From a virus: DNA of 64,000 bases. The stretch lies in the IMG/VR virus record IMGVR_UViG_3300036852_000353, positions 16,435-80,434 of that record; one strand, given 5' to 3'. This document shows positions 18,431 to 26,789 of this stretch, piece after piece (positions within the stretch are counted from its first letter, which is position 1; the number at the start of each line of letters is the position of its first letter). The position numbers and the translations under genes are program-made. The notes below the pieces were generated by a model. It did not search any database. It was not told the DNA's origin and saw only the letters and a list, made by a program, of their open reading frames with translations.

Positions 18431-18442
18431 TCAGTCCCACTC

Positions 18443-18474
18443 ACAAAGGACCGCTCTCTTGAGCGGTCCTTTGT
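18443..18474. terminator. Perfect 14-bp hairpin
   Basis: acaaaggaccgctc-tctt-gagcggtcctttgt. Confidence 0.75.
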
Positions 18475-18498
18475 CATGTCCCGAGGAGGGCAGTAGAT

Positions 18499-19257
18499 AT
18501 CGCAAAGACCAGCGGCCTCGGCGACAATTTTTTCGTGGGTGGTTATGACCTCTCCGGAGACACCGCCTCCCTCGACGAAGTCGGCGGCGGCCCCGCCCTT
18601 ATCGACGTCACCGGCATCAACAAGTCAGCCTTCGAGCGGATCGGCGGTATCCGGGACGGCCGAATCGAGTGGACGTCCCACTGGAACCCAGATGATGTCG
18701 GCGTCACGTTCACCGAGCACACCGCGCTGGCCGGTCTGACCACGGCGGACCGCGGCACCATGTACTGCCGCGGCACCACGCTGGGCAACCCAGCCGCCTG
18801 CCTGGTCGGCAAGCAGCTCAACTACGACCCCACCAGGGCCGACGACGGCAAGATGACCTTCAAGATCCGCGTGGAAGGCAACGCCTACGGCCTGGAGTGG
18901 GGACGGCAGCTGACCGCCGGTATCCGTACAGACACCGCGGCGACGAACGGTGCGTCGATCGACACCACCGCCTCGGCTTCTTTCGGCGGCCAGGCCTACC
19001 TCCAGGTTTTTGCGTTTACCGGCACGGACGTGACCGTGAAGATCCAGGACTCGGCCGACGACTCGTCTTTCGCAGACGTCACGTCGTTCGCCTTCACCCA
19101 GGTGACGACCGGCCGACAGACCCAGCGGATCTCGATCACGAACACCTCGACCATCCGCCGCTATGTACGCGCCGTGACCGTGACCACGGGTGGCTTCACC
19201 TCGGCCGCCTTCGCCGTGGCTGTGGTCAAAAATGACACGGCCGGAATTCTCTTCTGA
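18499..19257 (+). CDS. Tail-tube-related structural protein, apparent ATC start
   Basis: GAGGAGG at 18483-18489, then ATC-GCA-AAG-ACC-AGC-GGC-CTC (xAKTSGL) matching MAKQSGL of the paralog at 20830; DVTGINKSAFER motif. Confidence 0.7.
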   Translation: MAKTSGLGDNFFVGGYDLSGDTASLDEVGGGPALIDVTGINKSAFERIGGIRDGRIEWTSHWNPDDVGVTFTEHTALAGLTTADRGTMYCRGTTLGNPAACLVGKQLNYDPTRADDGKMTFKIRVEGNAYGLEWGRQLTAGIRTDTAATNGASIDTTASASFGGQAYLQVFAFTGTDVTVKIQDSADDSSFADVTSFAFTQVTTGRQTQRISITNTSTIRRYVRAVTVTTGGFTSAAFAVAVVKNDTAGILF

Positions 19258-19706
19258 TGAAGGTTTGCCGTACATGCGGGGTGTCCAAGCCTTTCGGAGA
19301 TTTCTACGCTCATCCAAGAACCGCAGACGGTCTACTCGCATTGTGCAAGGAGTGCCAGAAAAGGGTATCGAGGGATCGTCATGCTCGACTTCGCGATGAT
19401 CCTGAGTATAAGCGGGGCAATGCGCGAAGGAATCGCGTACTTCGCTTGAAAAAGTATGGACTCTCGGAGAGCGAGTACGAGGCGCTGCTTCATGGTCAGG
19501 GCGGCGTATGCGCCATATGCGGTTCTGCTCATCCCGGCCTGGACTTCTCCTTCTTTCCCGTGGATCACGATCACGTGACTGGAGAGGTGCGCGGACTTCT
19601 CTGTAACGACTGCAATCTTGGGATTCAACGCTTCAAGGACAACGCAAACTTCCTCGTCTCGGCCGCGACATATCTGCTGAAGCACGTCAACGTCCTGGAG
19701 TCGTAA
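19257..19706 (+). CDS. HNH / endonuclease VII-family endonuclease
   Basis: CRTC...CKEC; QGGVCAIC...VDHDHVTGEVRGLLCNDCN. Confidence 0.9.
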   Translation: MKVCRTCGVSKPFGDFYAHPRTADGLLALCKECQKRVSRDRHARLRDDPEYKRGNARRNRVLRLKKYGLSESEYEALLHGQGGVCAICGSAHPGLDFSFFPVDHDHVTGEVRGLLCNDCNLGIQRFKDNANFLVSAATYLLKHVNVLES

Positions 19707-19717
19707 GGGGAGAAGCC

Positions 19718-20158
19718 ATGCAGCGCATGAACCGCATCGAGCCCCAGGGGCGCGTACAGGACTACAAGACCTACCAGATCGTCTCGCCGCTCAGTACGCA
19801 CTGGCGCCCTGCCACCTGCGCCGAGGTGGAGTGCCCAGAGTACGAGAACGGCTGGCGCGTGCGGATCGAGGGCCTACCGCCGGAGATGGTGCACGCAGCC
19901 CGCACATCGGGCCGGAAGTACACCGAGCTGGAAGTCGCGGCAAACGAGCACTGGCTCGTGTTCGAAGCCGGACAGTCCTGCTTCCGCGCCGCGTACCACC
20001 GGCGCCTGCTCGACAAGCAGGAGATCTTCATCGTGCGCGACGGGGATTTTCGTGGGAACCCGACCGGTCAGGTTCGCAGGCATACTCGCCCGATGGATTG
20101 GCAAGAAGATTTCGCCGACCACCAGGACAGGCTAGCTCAGCGAATCCAACAGGGTTGA
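19718..20158 (+). CDS. Conserved hypothetical tail-region protein
   Basis: THWRPATCAEVEC...GQSCF; between the tube genes. Confidence 0.7.
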   Translation: MQRMNRIEPQGRVQDYKTYQIVSPLSTHWRPATCAEVECPEYENGWRVRIEGLPPEMVHAARTSGRKYTELEVAANEHWLVFEAGQSCFRAAYHRRLLDKQEIFIVRDGDFRGNPTGQVRRHTRPMDWQEDFADHQDRLAQRIQQG

Positions 20159-20189
20159 TCACGTTCCTGATGTGTATTAACCTGGACGT

Positions 20190-20750
20190 GTGAACTCAGA
20201 AAAGGAAGAGCCCCCACCCTGTGCATGCGGATGCGGTGAGTCAACGCGCTGGTACCCCAGGACTGGATGGAAGAAATTCAGGCGAGGGCACAATTCCCGG
20301 AACACTGGTGCAGCCAGTCACCCAGGGCGTACCCACAGCATGACCAACACGCCCACGTACTATTCGTGGGCCAACATGCTCGCCCGCTGCACGAACACGA
20401 ACCACCCGGCATATCCGCGGTACGGAGGCCGTGGCATCACGGTCTGCGATCGATGGAAGGGCAAGGAAGGCTTCAAGAACTTCCTCACCGACATGGGTGA
20501 GAAGCCCAACGGACTCACGCTGGAGCGGATCGACAACAGCGGGGGTTATACGTCGACGAACTGCCGTTGGGCCACACGCAAGGAGCAGGCGGCCAACACT
20601 CGACACATCAACCTCCTCGACATTGACATCGAGTGGGTCCGCGCTCACCCGGAGAAGTCGCGCAACGAGCTTGCACAAGCTCTCGGCGTGTCCGAGGTGA
20701 CGATCTCAAACATACGAAACCGGAAGGGGCGCTTCGCCGACCCCTCCTAA
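20190..20750 (+). CDS. HNH homing endonuclease with C-terminal HTH
   Basis: CACGCG, YYSWANMLARC, YGGRGITVCDRW, TLERIDNSGGY...NCRWAT. Confidence 0.9.
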   Translation: MNSEKEEPPPCACGCGESTRWYPRTGWKKFRRGHNSRNTGAASHPGRTHSMTNTPTYYSWANMLARCTNTNHPAYPRYGGRGITVCDRWKGKEGFKNFLTDMGEKPNGLTLERIDNSGGYTSTNCRWATRKEQAANTRHINLLDIDIEWVRAHPEKSRNELAQALGVSEVTISNIRNRKGRFADPS

Positions 20751-20765
20751 CAAACAAGAGGCAAT

Positions 20766-20799
20766 AAAGGCCCGCTGTATTCACAGCGGGCCTTTGTTA
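20766..20799. terminator. Hairpin terminator
   Basis: aaaggcccgctg-tattca-cagcgggccttt. Confidence 0.7.
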
Positions 20800-20829
20800 T
20801 GCCTCAAAACGGACAAAGGAGGGTGAGTC

Positions 20830-21237
20830 ATGGCAAAGCAGAGCGGACTTGCATGGACCACGCTGAGTGTGGACGATTCAGGCGGAACGCCCCGAGACCT
20901 GAGGAATGACATCACCAACCTCGAATTCGCCACACCTCGCGCAACCCAGGACGTAACGGGCATCGACAAGTCCGCGATGGAGCGCCTGCTTCTGCTCGCC
21001 GACTTCACCATCACGCTCAACGGCGTGTTCAACGCGGCGTCCAACCAGGCGCACGACGTGTTCAAGACGGTGCCGTCGACCAGCGTCAACCGGACCGTGT
21101 CGATCACTGTCGGCGGCAAGTCGCTGCCGAACGAGTGCATCTTCACGGACTACCCGTTGACGCGTGCGGACAGCGGTGAGTTGACCTGGGCTGTTCCTGG
21201 GCAGCTGGCCGATGGGACAGTACCGCTTTGGGCGTGA
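20830..21237 (+). CDS. Major tail (tube) protein
   Basis: DVTGIDKSAMERLLLLAD; directly before TAC and TMP. Confidence 0.75.
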   Translation: MAKQSGLAWTTLSVDDSGGTPRDLRNDITNLEFATPRATQDVTGIDKSAMERLLLLADFTITLNGVFNAASNQAHDVFKTVPSTSVNRTVSITVGGKSLPNECIFTDYPLTRADSGELTWAVPGQLADGTVPLWA

Positions 21238-21320
21238 TGTCCGTTTCGTTCTAGGCAGTGCCTCGGCAGTCCATCGCAGACGCGGTGGGCTTTTTTCATG
21301 CCCACGTTCGGGGAGAACGC

Positions 21321-21710
21321 ATGGCTTTTCAGCGCAAGCGCAAGGTGTACCGGCTGGATTTCTCCGGTACCGAGTACGACGGCCTTGAGGTCCGGGTCCA
21401 GGGACTCACCACGGGTGAGTACCTGGAACTGGTCTCACTGACTGGTTCTTCGGGTGATTCGGAGAACGAGACCGAGCAGTTGCTGAAGCTGTTCGCCACC
21501 CACCTCGTCGCCTGGAACTTGCAGGATGAGGAGGGCGAGCCGGTGTCATCTGATTTCGCAGGCATCAAGGCCAACGATCTCGCGATGAACATGGCGATCA
21601 TCAACGCCTGGACGGATGCCATGGTGACGGTTTCGGCGGCCACGGAAAAAAAGTCGCTCGTTGGCGATCCTTCCCTGGTGGCGTCGATTCCGACGGAGAG
21701 TCTGTTGTAA
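21321..21710 (+). CDS. Tail assembly chaperone (short form)
   Basis: GGGAG RBS; LVAWNL motif; precedes TMP. Confidence 0.85.
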   Translation: MAFQRKRKVYRLDFSGTEYDGLEVRVQGLTTGEYLELVSLTGSSGDSENETEQLLKLFATHLVAWNLQDEEGEPVSSDFAGIKANDLAMNMAIINAWTDAMVTVSAATEKKSLVGDPSLVASIPTESLL

Positions 21711-21859
21711 AGCCGGAAGAGGTCGCGCGGGCTGAGGCAATTCTTAGTCTGTGCGACCGCTTTCATGTGTTGCCCAGTCAGCTTCTGGACGAGCCTGTCG
21801 AACTTCTGCAGCTCCTTGATCTCGCGGCGCTGGCCGCCACGGAAGGCGGTGATGGCTGA
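21321..21859 (+). CDS. Tail assembly chaperone long form via -1 frameshift at A AAA AAG (21647-21653)
   Basis: In-frame heptamer; the -1 frame reads KVARW...CDRFHVLPSQLLDEPVELLQLL and stops at 21857-21859, overlapping the TMP ATG. Confidence 0.85.
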
Positions 21860-24800
21860 TGGCTGATGACATTACTCTCACCGTTCGGGTCCGCGACCTG
21901 ACCCGCGGCGACTTCAATCGTCTTGACCATCAGCTCGACCGTATGCGGCGTGATCTGCGGGGTGTGTCCCGGGACACGGACAGTGCCGGTATGCACTCGC
22001 GGCGCCTCGGTCAGGACATCAACCAGCTGCAGCAGCGTTTTCAGCGTATGCAGACGACGGGCAGTCTGACCCGTCGTGAGCTGACGCAGATGCGCGGTCA
22101 GCTGGATGCCATGGGGCGCAGCGCCCTGAACGCGGCGCGCTCCGGTGAGATCACACATGACCGGTTTCACTCTCTGAACAGTGAGATCGGCTCCATGCGC
22201 GCACAGCTAGCGCGGCTCGACGAAGGGCTCAACAACAACACCAACGCGCTGCGCCGGAACAACAGCCAGACACGCACGACGGTGCGGATGGTGAACGGCG
22301 TAACACAGTCCATCCGTACCGCCACGCGGTCCACGGACGGCAACACCAATGTGATCAACACGTGGCGGCGGTCGGCCAATACGGCAGGCAACACCATGCG
22401 CCGCCTGGGCACCAATGGAAGTTTCGCGGGCGGTGTGTTCAGCAACATGCGGTCCAAGCTGATTGGCCTGGCCGTCGTGCTGATCGCGTCGGTGCTGCCG
22501 ACGCTCGGTGCGCTGGCGCCCATGCTGGCCGGTATCGCGGCGATCGTCGGTACGGTGGCGCTGGCCTTCAGCGGGCTGAGCAAGCCGACGAGGATGCTGG
22601 GCAAGGACGAGAAGGAGTTCCTCAAGGGGCTTTCGCCTCTCAAGAGGGAGTTCGAGGCGCTGCAGAAGACGGCGCGCAAGGCTGTTCTGCCGGGTCTGAC
22701 GAAGTCCTTCAAGGATGTCGGCAACGCCGTGAAGGGCATGAACCCGGTCATCAAGATCGCGGGTGAGCATTTCAGTACGCTGGTCGGGAAGATTGCCAAG
22801 GGGGTCGGCAACAAAGACTTCATGAAGTCTTTCACCGAGAACGTTCGGATCGGTTCCGACTGGGTCATCAAGTTCACCGGCTCATTCGGAAAATTCCTGA
22901 AGGAGTTTCTCGACTTCGGCACGAAGTCGAAGCCAGCGCTGGATGCGTGGCAGTCTCTGCTCGGCGGTTTCCTGGACACGGGCCTGCCGAATATGTTCAA
23001 GGAGATGGAACGCGGGATCAAGGGGTCGTCCACGTATCTGACCGGGTTCGCTGACTTCCTCAACGGGAAACTGCTTCCGGTTCTGGGGCGTGTCATTGCG
23101 GCCTTCATGGACGCGTTCGGCCCGCTTCTCGCACAGGTACTGCGTACGGCGGGTAATCTCCTCGACGTTTTCGGCACCGTATTCGCCGGTGTCATGGAAG
23201 GCCTCAAGCCCGGTATCAGCCTGGTCACCGACGTCTTCGCCGGTCTGAACGAGATGTTTGAGATCGCGATCGGTACGGTCGGAAACCTCGCGAAGGCACT
23301 CGGGACGGTGTTGTTCGGCGCGCTGGCCGATCTGGCGGGTGAGAACCGGTTCACCGCCATGAAGGATGACTTCACCGGTTTCTCCGACTGGGTCAAGACG
23401 AACCAGTCGTCGATCCGCGCGACGTTCGACGCGGTCGCCCTGGCGATCATCGACATGGTGGACACCGGTGTGGGGATGCTGCCGCTGCTTGCGAATGCCT
23501 TCAAGCTCATGGTGGATGCTGCTCTCATCGCCGTGGGTGCGATGATCACCGGCTTGGCCACTGCGTTCGGGCACCTGCCCGGCATGGGGTGGCTGAAGGA
23601 CGCCAAAAAGAATTTCGATGAATTCGCGGCGGGAGTCAACGAGAAATTTGATAAGGCTGCCGGTGCGGCGGAGAAGTTCGCCACATCGGTGTCGAAGCGG
23701 TCCGCGCGCGCCAAGTTCGTCTTCAAGGTGGACGAGGCGAAAGCGAACCTTGATTACATCAAGGGGCAGCTGAACGACAAGTCTCTGTCCAAGCCCCGTC
23801 GTGCACATCTGGAAGTCGAGAAGAAGCAGGCGGAGCAGAAACTTGCCGAGGCGAGGCGTGAGCTGCGTTCCTTCGACCGGAAGAGGGCCATAGCCACGGT
23901 CGAGGCGAACAACGCTCCCTTCTTCGGAAAAATCCGCCAGGCACGCATGGCGCGGATCCCGAGAAAGTCCGTCACGATCACCGCGAACCCCGGTTCCTTC
24001 TGGGAACGGGTCAGGTCACTGACCGGCCGGGTGCTGGGCACGTCCTACATCAACGTGCAGATGCGCAAGGTCGAGGCACAGAACGCGCCGAGGTTCAGCG
24101 CCCACGGCAATATCTTCCGGAGCTTCGCCGATGGCGGCATGGAAGACCACCGCGCGCAGATTGCGGACGGCGGCCCGACACGCATATGGAACGAGCCGGA
24201 GACCGGGGGCGAGTCCTACATCCCCCTCGGCCCGTCGAAACGGACACGCTCACGGCAGATCGCCACCACGACCGTCGGCATTCTCGGCGGCTCGGTGCAG
24301 TGGTTCGCCAAGGGCGGTCTCACCAAGAAGCAGAAGGCCCAGGCCGATGCCGAGAGGCAGGCCCGCAGTGAGGCGCGCGGCGAACTCACCATCTCGCACT
24401 TCGGCCGCATGGCCGGGTACAAGAACGATGAGTTCAAGAAGGCGCTCGGCCTCCCCGAGGCCCTGGGCAGCCTGGTCTCCTCCCTGAACCACTGGCGCAG
24501 CGTCATCCTCAAGGCGACGCACGGCGGCGTTGAGCGCAGTCTGCTCAAGCAGCTCGACAGGGCGGGCAAGTCGCTCATCAAGTATGAGAAGTCCCTGTCC
24601 AAGGTCGAGAAGTCCCTGGACAAGGCGAAGACCAAGCTGGATGACCTCAAGTCGGCGGCGTCCCAGCTCCGGGAGTCCGTCACGTCCGGTGTCATGTCGG
24701 CGACGAACATCACCAGGAACACCAGCGAGGACAAGAACCTCACCGTCGCCGACCTCATGACCACGATGACGCAGGGCCGTGACAAGGCGACAGCTTTCTC

Positions 24801-25437
24801 CGACGCACTCGCCCGTCTCAAGAAAAAGGGTGTCGCCAAGGAGATCATCCAGCAGATCGCCGAGGCCGGTATCGAGGGCGGCGGCCTGCAGACCGCGGGA
24901 ACCCTGCTCACGGCCTCGGAATCCGAGATCGCCTCGCTCAACAGCCTGCAGAAGCAGATCAACGAGGCTGCAAAGAGTTCCGGCAAGACCGCGGCGGACG
25001 CCATGTACGCCGCGGGCATCAAGGCGGCCGAGGGTCTCGTCAAGGGCCTGGAGAAGAAGCAAAAAGACATTGAGAAAGCGATGATGAGGATCGCTAAGTC
25101 AATGGAAAAGGCCATCAAGAAGGCTCTGGGCATCCACTCCCCCTCCAAGGTCATGCAAGAGGTCGGCCACCTCACCGCCGAGGGCTATGCCATCGGCATC
25201 CAGAAGAACCGCAGGGTCAACTCGGCGTGGGAATCCATGCTCACCACGAAATCGACCGGACCGCGTTCTGGGGGCGGCGCCATGTACGGCGGGGGTGGCG
25301 AGCCGATGATCCTTCGTGTGCAGATCGGTGACCGTGTCCTGGACGAGATCATGCTCGATTCGGCGCGCCGCGTTGTGCGTACCCGCGGCGGAAATGTCCA
25401 GGCCGTCCTCGGTCCTCCCGGGCGTAGGACCGGCTGA
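21859..25437 (+). CDS. Tape measure protein
   Basis: 1192 aa, helical, after TAC; FADGG...EPETGGESYIP and IHSPSKV motifs. Confidence 0.93.
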   Translation: MADDITLTVRVRDLTRGDFNRLDHQLDRMRRDLRGVSRDTDSAGMHSRRLGQDINQLQQRFQRMQTTGSLTRRELTQMRGQLDAMGRSALNAARSGEITHDRFHSLNSEIGSMRAQLARLDEGLNNNTNALRRNNSQTRTTVRMVNGVTQSIRTATRSTDGNTNVINTWRRSANTAGNTMRRLGTNGSFAGGVFSNMRSKLIGLAVVLIASVLPTLGALAPMLAGIAAIVGTVALAFSGLSKPTRMLGKDEKEFLKGLSPLKREFEALQKTARKAVLPGLTKSFKDVGNAVKGMNPVIKIAGEHFSTLVGKIAKGVGNKDFMKSFTENVRIGSDWVIKFTGSFGKFLKEFLDFGTKSKPALDAWQSLLGGFLDTGLPNMFKEMERGIKGSSTYLTGFADFLNGKLLPVLGRVIAAFMDAFGPLLAQVLRTAGNLLDVFGTVFAGVMEGLKPGISLVTDVFAGLNEMFEIAIGTVGNLAKALGTVLFGALADLAGENRFTAMKDDFTGFSDWVKTNQSSIRATFDAVALAIIDMVDTGVGMLPLLANAFKLMVDAALIAVGAMITGLATAFGHLPGMGWLKDAKKNFDEFAAGVNEKFDKAAGAAEKFATSVSKRSARAKFVFKVDEAKANLDYIKGQLNDKSLSKPRRAHLEVEKKQAEQKLAEARRELRSFDRKRAIATVEANNAPFFGKIRQARMARIPRKSVTITANPGSFWERVRSLTGRVLGTSYINVQMRKVEAQNAPRFSAHGNIFRSFADGGMEDHRAQIADGGPTRIWNEPETGGESYIPLGPSKRTRSRQIATTTVGILGGSVQWFAKGGLTKKQKAQADAERQARSEARGELTISHFGRMAGYKNDEFKKALGLPEALGSLVSSLNHWRSVILKATHGGVERSLLKQLDRAGKSLIKYEKSLSKVEKSLDKAKTKLDDLKSAASQLRESVTSGVMSATNITRNTSEDKNLTVADLMTTMTQGRDKATAFSDALARLKKKGVAKEIIQQIAEAGIEGGGLQTAGTLLTASESEIASLNSLQKQINEAAKSSGKTAADAMYAAGIKAAEGLVKGLEKKQKDIEKAMMRIAKSMEKAIKKALGIHSPSKVMQEVGHLTAEGYAIGIQKNRRVNSAWESMLTTKSTGPRSGGGAMYGGGGEPMILRVQIGDRVLDEIMLDSARRVVRTRGGNVQAVLGPPGRRTG

Positions 25438-26214
25438 TCAGTCGGCGTCGTGGGACTTCCAGGCGGTCCCACGACGCTGATTGTGCCGCTGCGTCACAGG
25501 GTCCGCCCAGCGGAGATTTCCCGGCTCGTAGTTCCCTTCGTTGTCGATGCGGTCCATCGAGTACCCGTCAGGACATGGACCGAGTTTTTCCTCAAGGTAT
25601 CGAATGAACACAGCTGCATCGTGCCACTCTGTAGCGACTTCGATCCCGCGTGCTCCGTAGTACGTGTAGTGGTCGTTACTCGGGTCATAGCAGCGGTCCA
25701 TCATGTTGGACCATCGCGAATAGTGTGGATGATTAGACATCCCATGGGTTGCCCTGATCCGGTTCGATTCAGAAGCTCGCTCACGCTGCAGACAACCGCA
25801 CGACTGCACGCTTCCTGCTCTGAGGTTATTGACCGTGGCGATGGTCTTCTTGCCGCAGTCGCATGAGCAGTGTGCGATCCAGATCTTGGTGCCGTCGCGT
25901 CGCGCTTCCTGCTCTTCTGCGTCGACGGTCAGGCGTCCGAAACGATCACCTGGCTGTGTCGTGAAGAGTCGGGGACGTCCCCTGGTTTCACGGAAACGTT
26001 CGGACATGGTGGCACGTTTCTTGATGCAGCCACATGACTGTGTGCCCCCTTTAAGCCCTTGCAGGAGAACAGTTATGCGTTCTCCACAGTCGCAGTCACA
26101 GACGGCTTCCCATAGTGAGGCTTTACCGGGCCGCTCCCTGAGCCTTTCCTCACGCACGACGAGGCGTCCGAACCGTTGGCCTGGATGTACGAAGAATGAT
26201 CGCTTCTTTCCCAT
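25438..26214 (-). CDS. HNH endonuclease with two GxRFGRL...CxCxCG repeats, antisense to the tail operon
   Basis: GQRFGRLVV...CDCDCG...SCGC twice; YYGARGIEV, MDRIDNEGNYEPGNLRWA. Confidence 0.9.
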   Translation of the reverse strand: MGKKRSFFVHPGQRFGRLVVREERLRERPGKASLWEAVCDCDCGERITVLLQGLKGGTQSCGCIKKRATMSERFRETRGRPRLFTTQPGDRFGRLTVDAEEQEARRDGTKIWIAHCSCDCGKKTIATVNNLRAGSVQSCGCLQRERASESNRIRATHGMSNHPHYSRWSNMMDRCYDPSNDHYTYYGARGIEVATEWHDAAVFIRYLEEKLGPCPDGYSMDRIDNEGNYEPGNLRWADPVTQRHNQRRGTAWKSHDAD

Positions 26215-26221
26215 GGAGAGA

Positions 26222-26249
26222 AGCATACCACAGGTTTGAGGAGTTGTAA
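26222..26249 (-). promoter_or_regulatory. Putative promoter for a leaderless HNH transcript
   Basis: TTACAA-N16-TATGCT, ATG 7 nt downstream. Confidence 0.45.
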
Positions 26250-26251
26250 CT

Positions 26252-26758
26252 GTGCATCGATACCGCACGTGGAACGGCCCGATGCCAACTACTGCTGCCC
26301 AGCAGACGGTAACCACCGGCACGGGCGTCAAGACCATGCTGCAGATCGCCACCCCGTCGACCCGTCAGATTCAGCTTATCAGCTGGGGCTTTAGTTTCGA
26401 TGATTTCCCGGGTGATGACTCGACGATCGAGCTCCTTCAGACGGACGTGGCGGCCACCGTCACTGCCCACGTGGCGGCCGGTGTGCAGCCACTTGATCCG
26501 AACGCCCCGGCGTCTCTTATGACGCTCAGCACCACAGCTACCGGTTATACCGCGACGGCTGAAGGCACCACTACAGCCAGTCGTGTCTTCGATGTGGTCG
26601 GTATTGGTACGGCGGCGGGCATTGTCAGCTCGCCTTACGTGTATCAGTGGATGCCGGATGAGCGGCCGATTATCGCGGTGTCGAAGTTTCTTCGGGTGCG
26701 CACCACGGTGTCGACTTCTGCGATCGATTTTCGGACCTGGGTGGTTTGGGACGAGTGA
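26252..26758 (+). CDS. Minor tail protein
   Basis: Synteny after TMP. Confidence 0.7.
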   Translation: MHRYRTWNGPMPTTAAQQTVTTGTGVKTMLQIATPSTRQIQLISWGFSFDDFPGDDSTIELLQTDVAATVTAHVAAGVQPLDPNAPASLMTLSTTATGYTATAEGTTTASRVFDVVGIGTAAGIVSSPYVYQWMPDERPIIAVSKFLRVRTTVSTSAIDFRTWVVWDE

Positions 26759-26789
26759 TCCCTTCTTGTCCCTTTTAGGAGTGTAGCGC

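Noticed and set aside
19257-20750. HNH genes as group I intron cargo
   Set aside because: Flanking genes have their own stops and starts; no interrupted exon or intron core elements seen
21647-21653. Tail chaperone -1 frameshift as a novelty
   Set aside because: Real, but a standard feature of long-tailed phages
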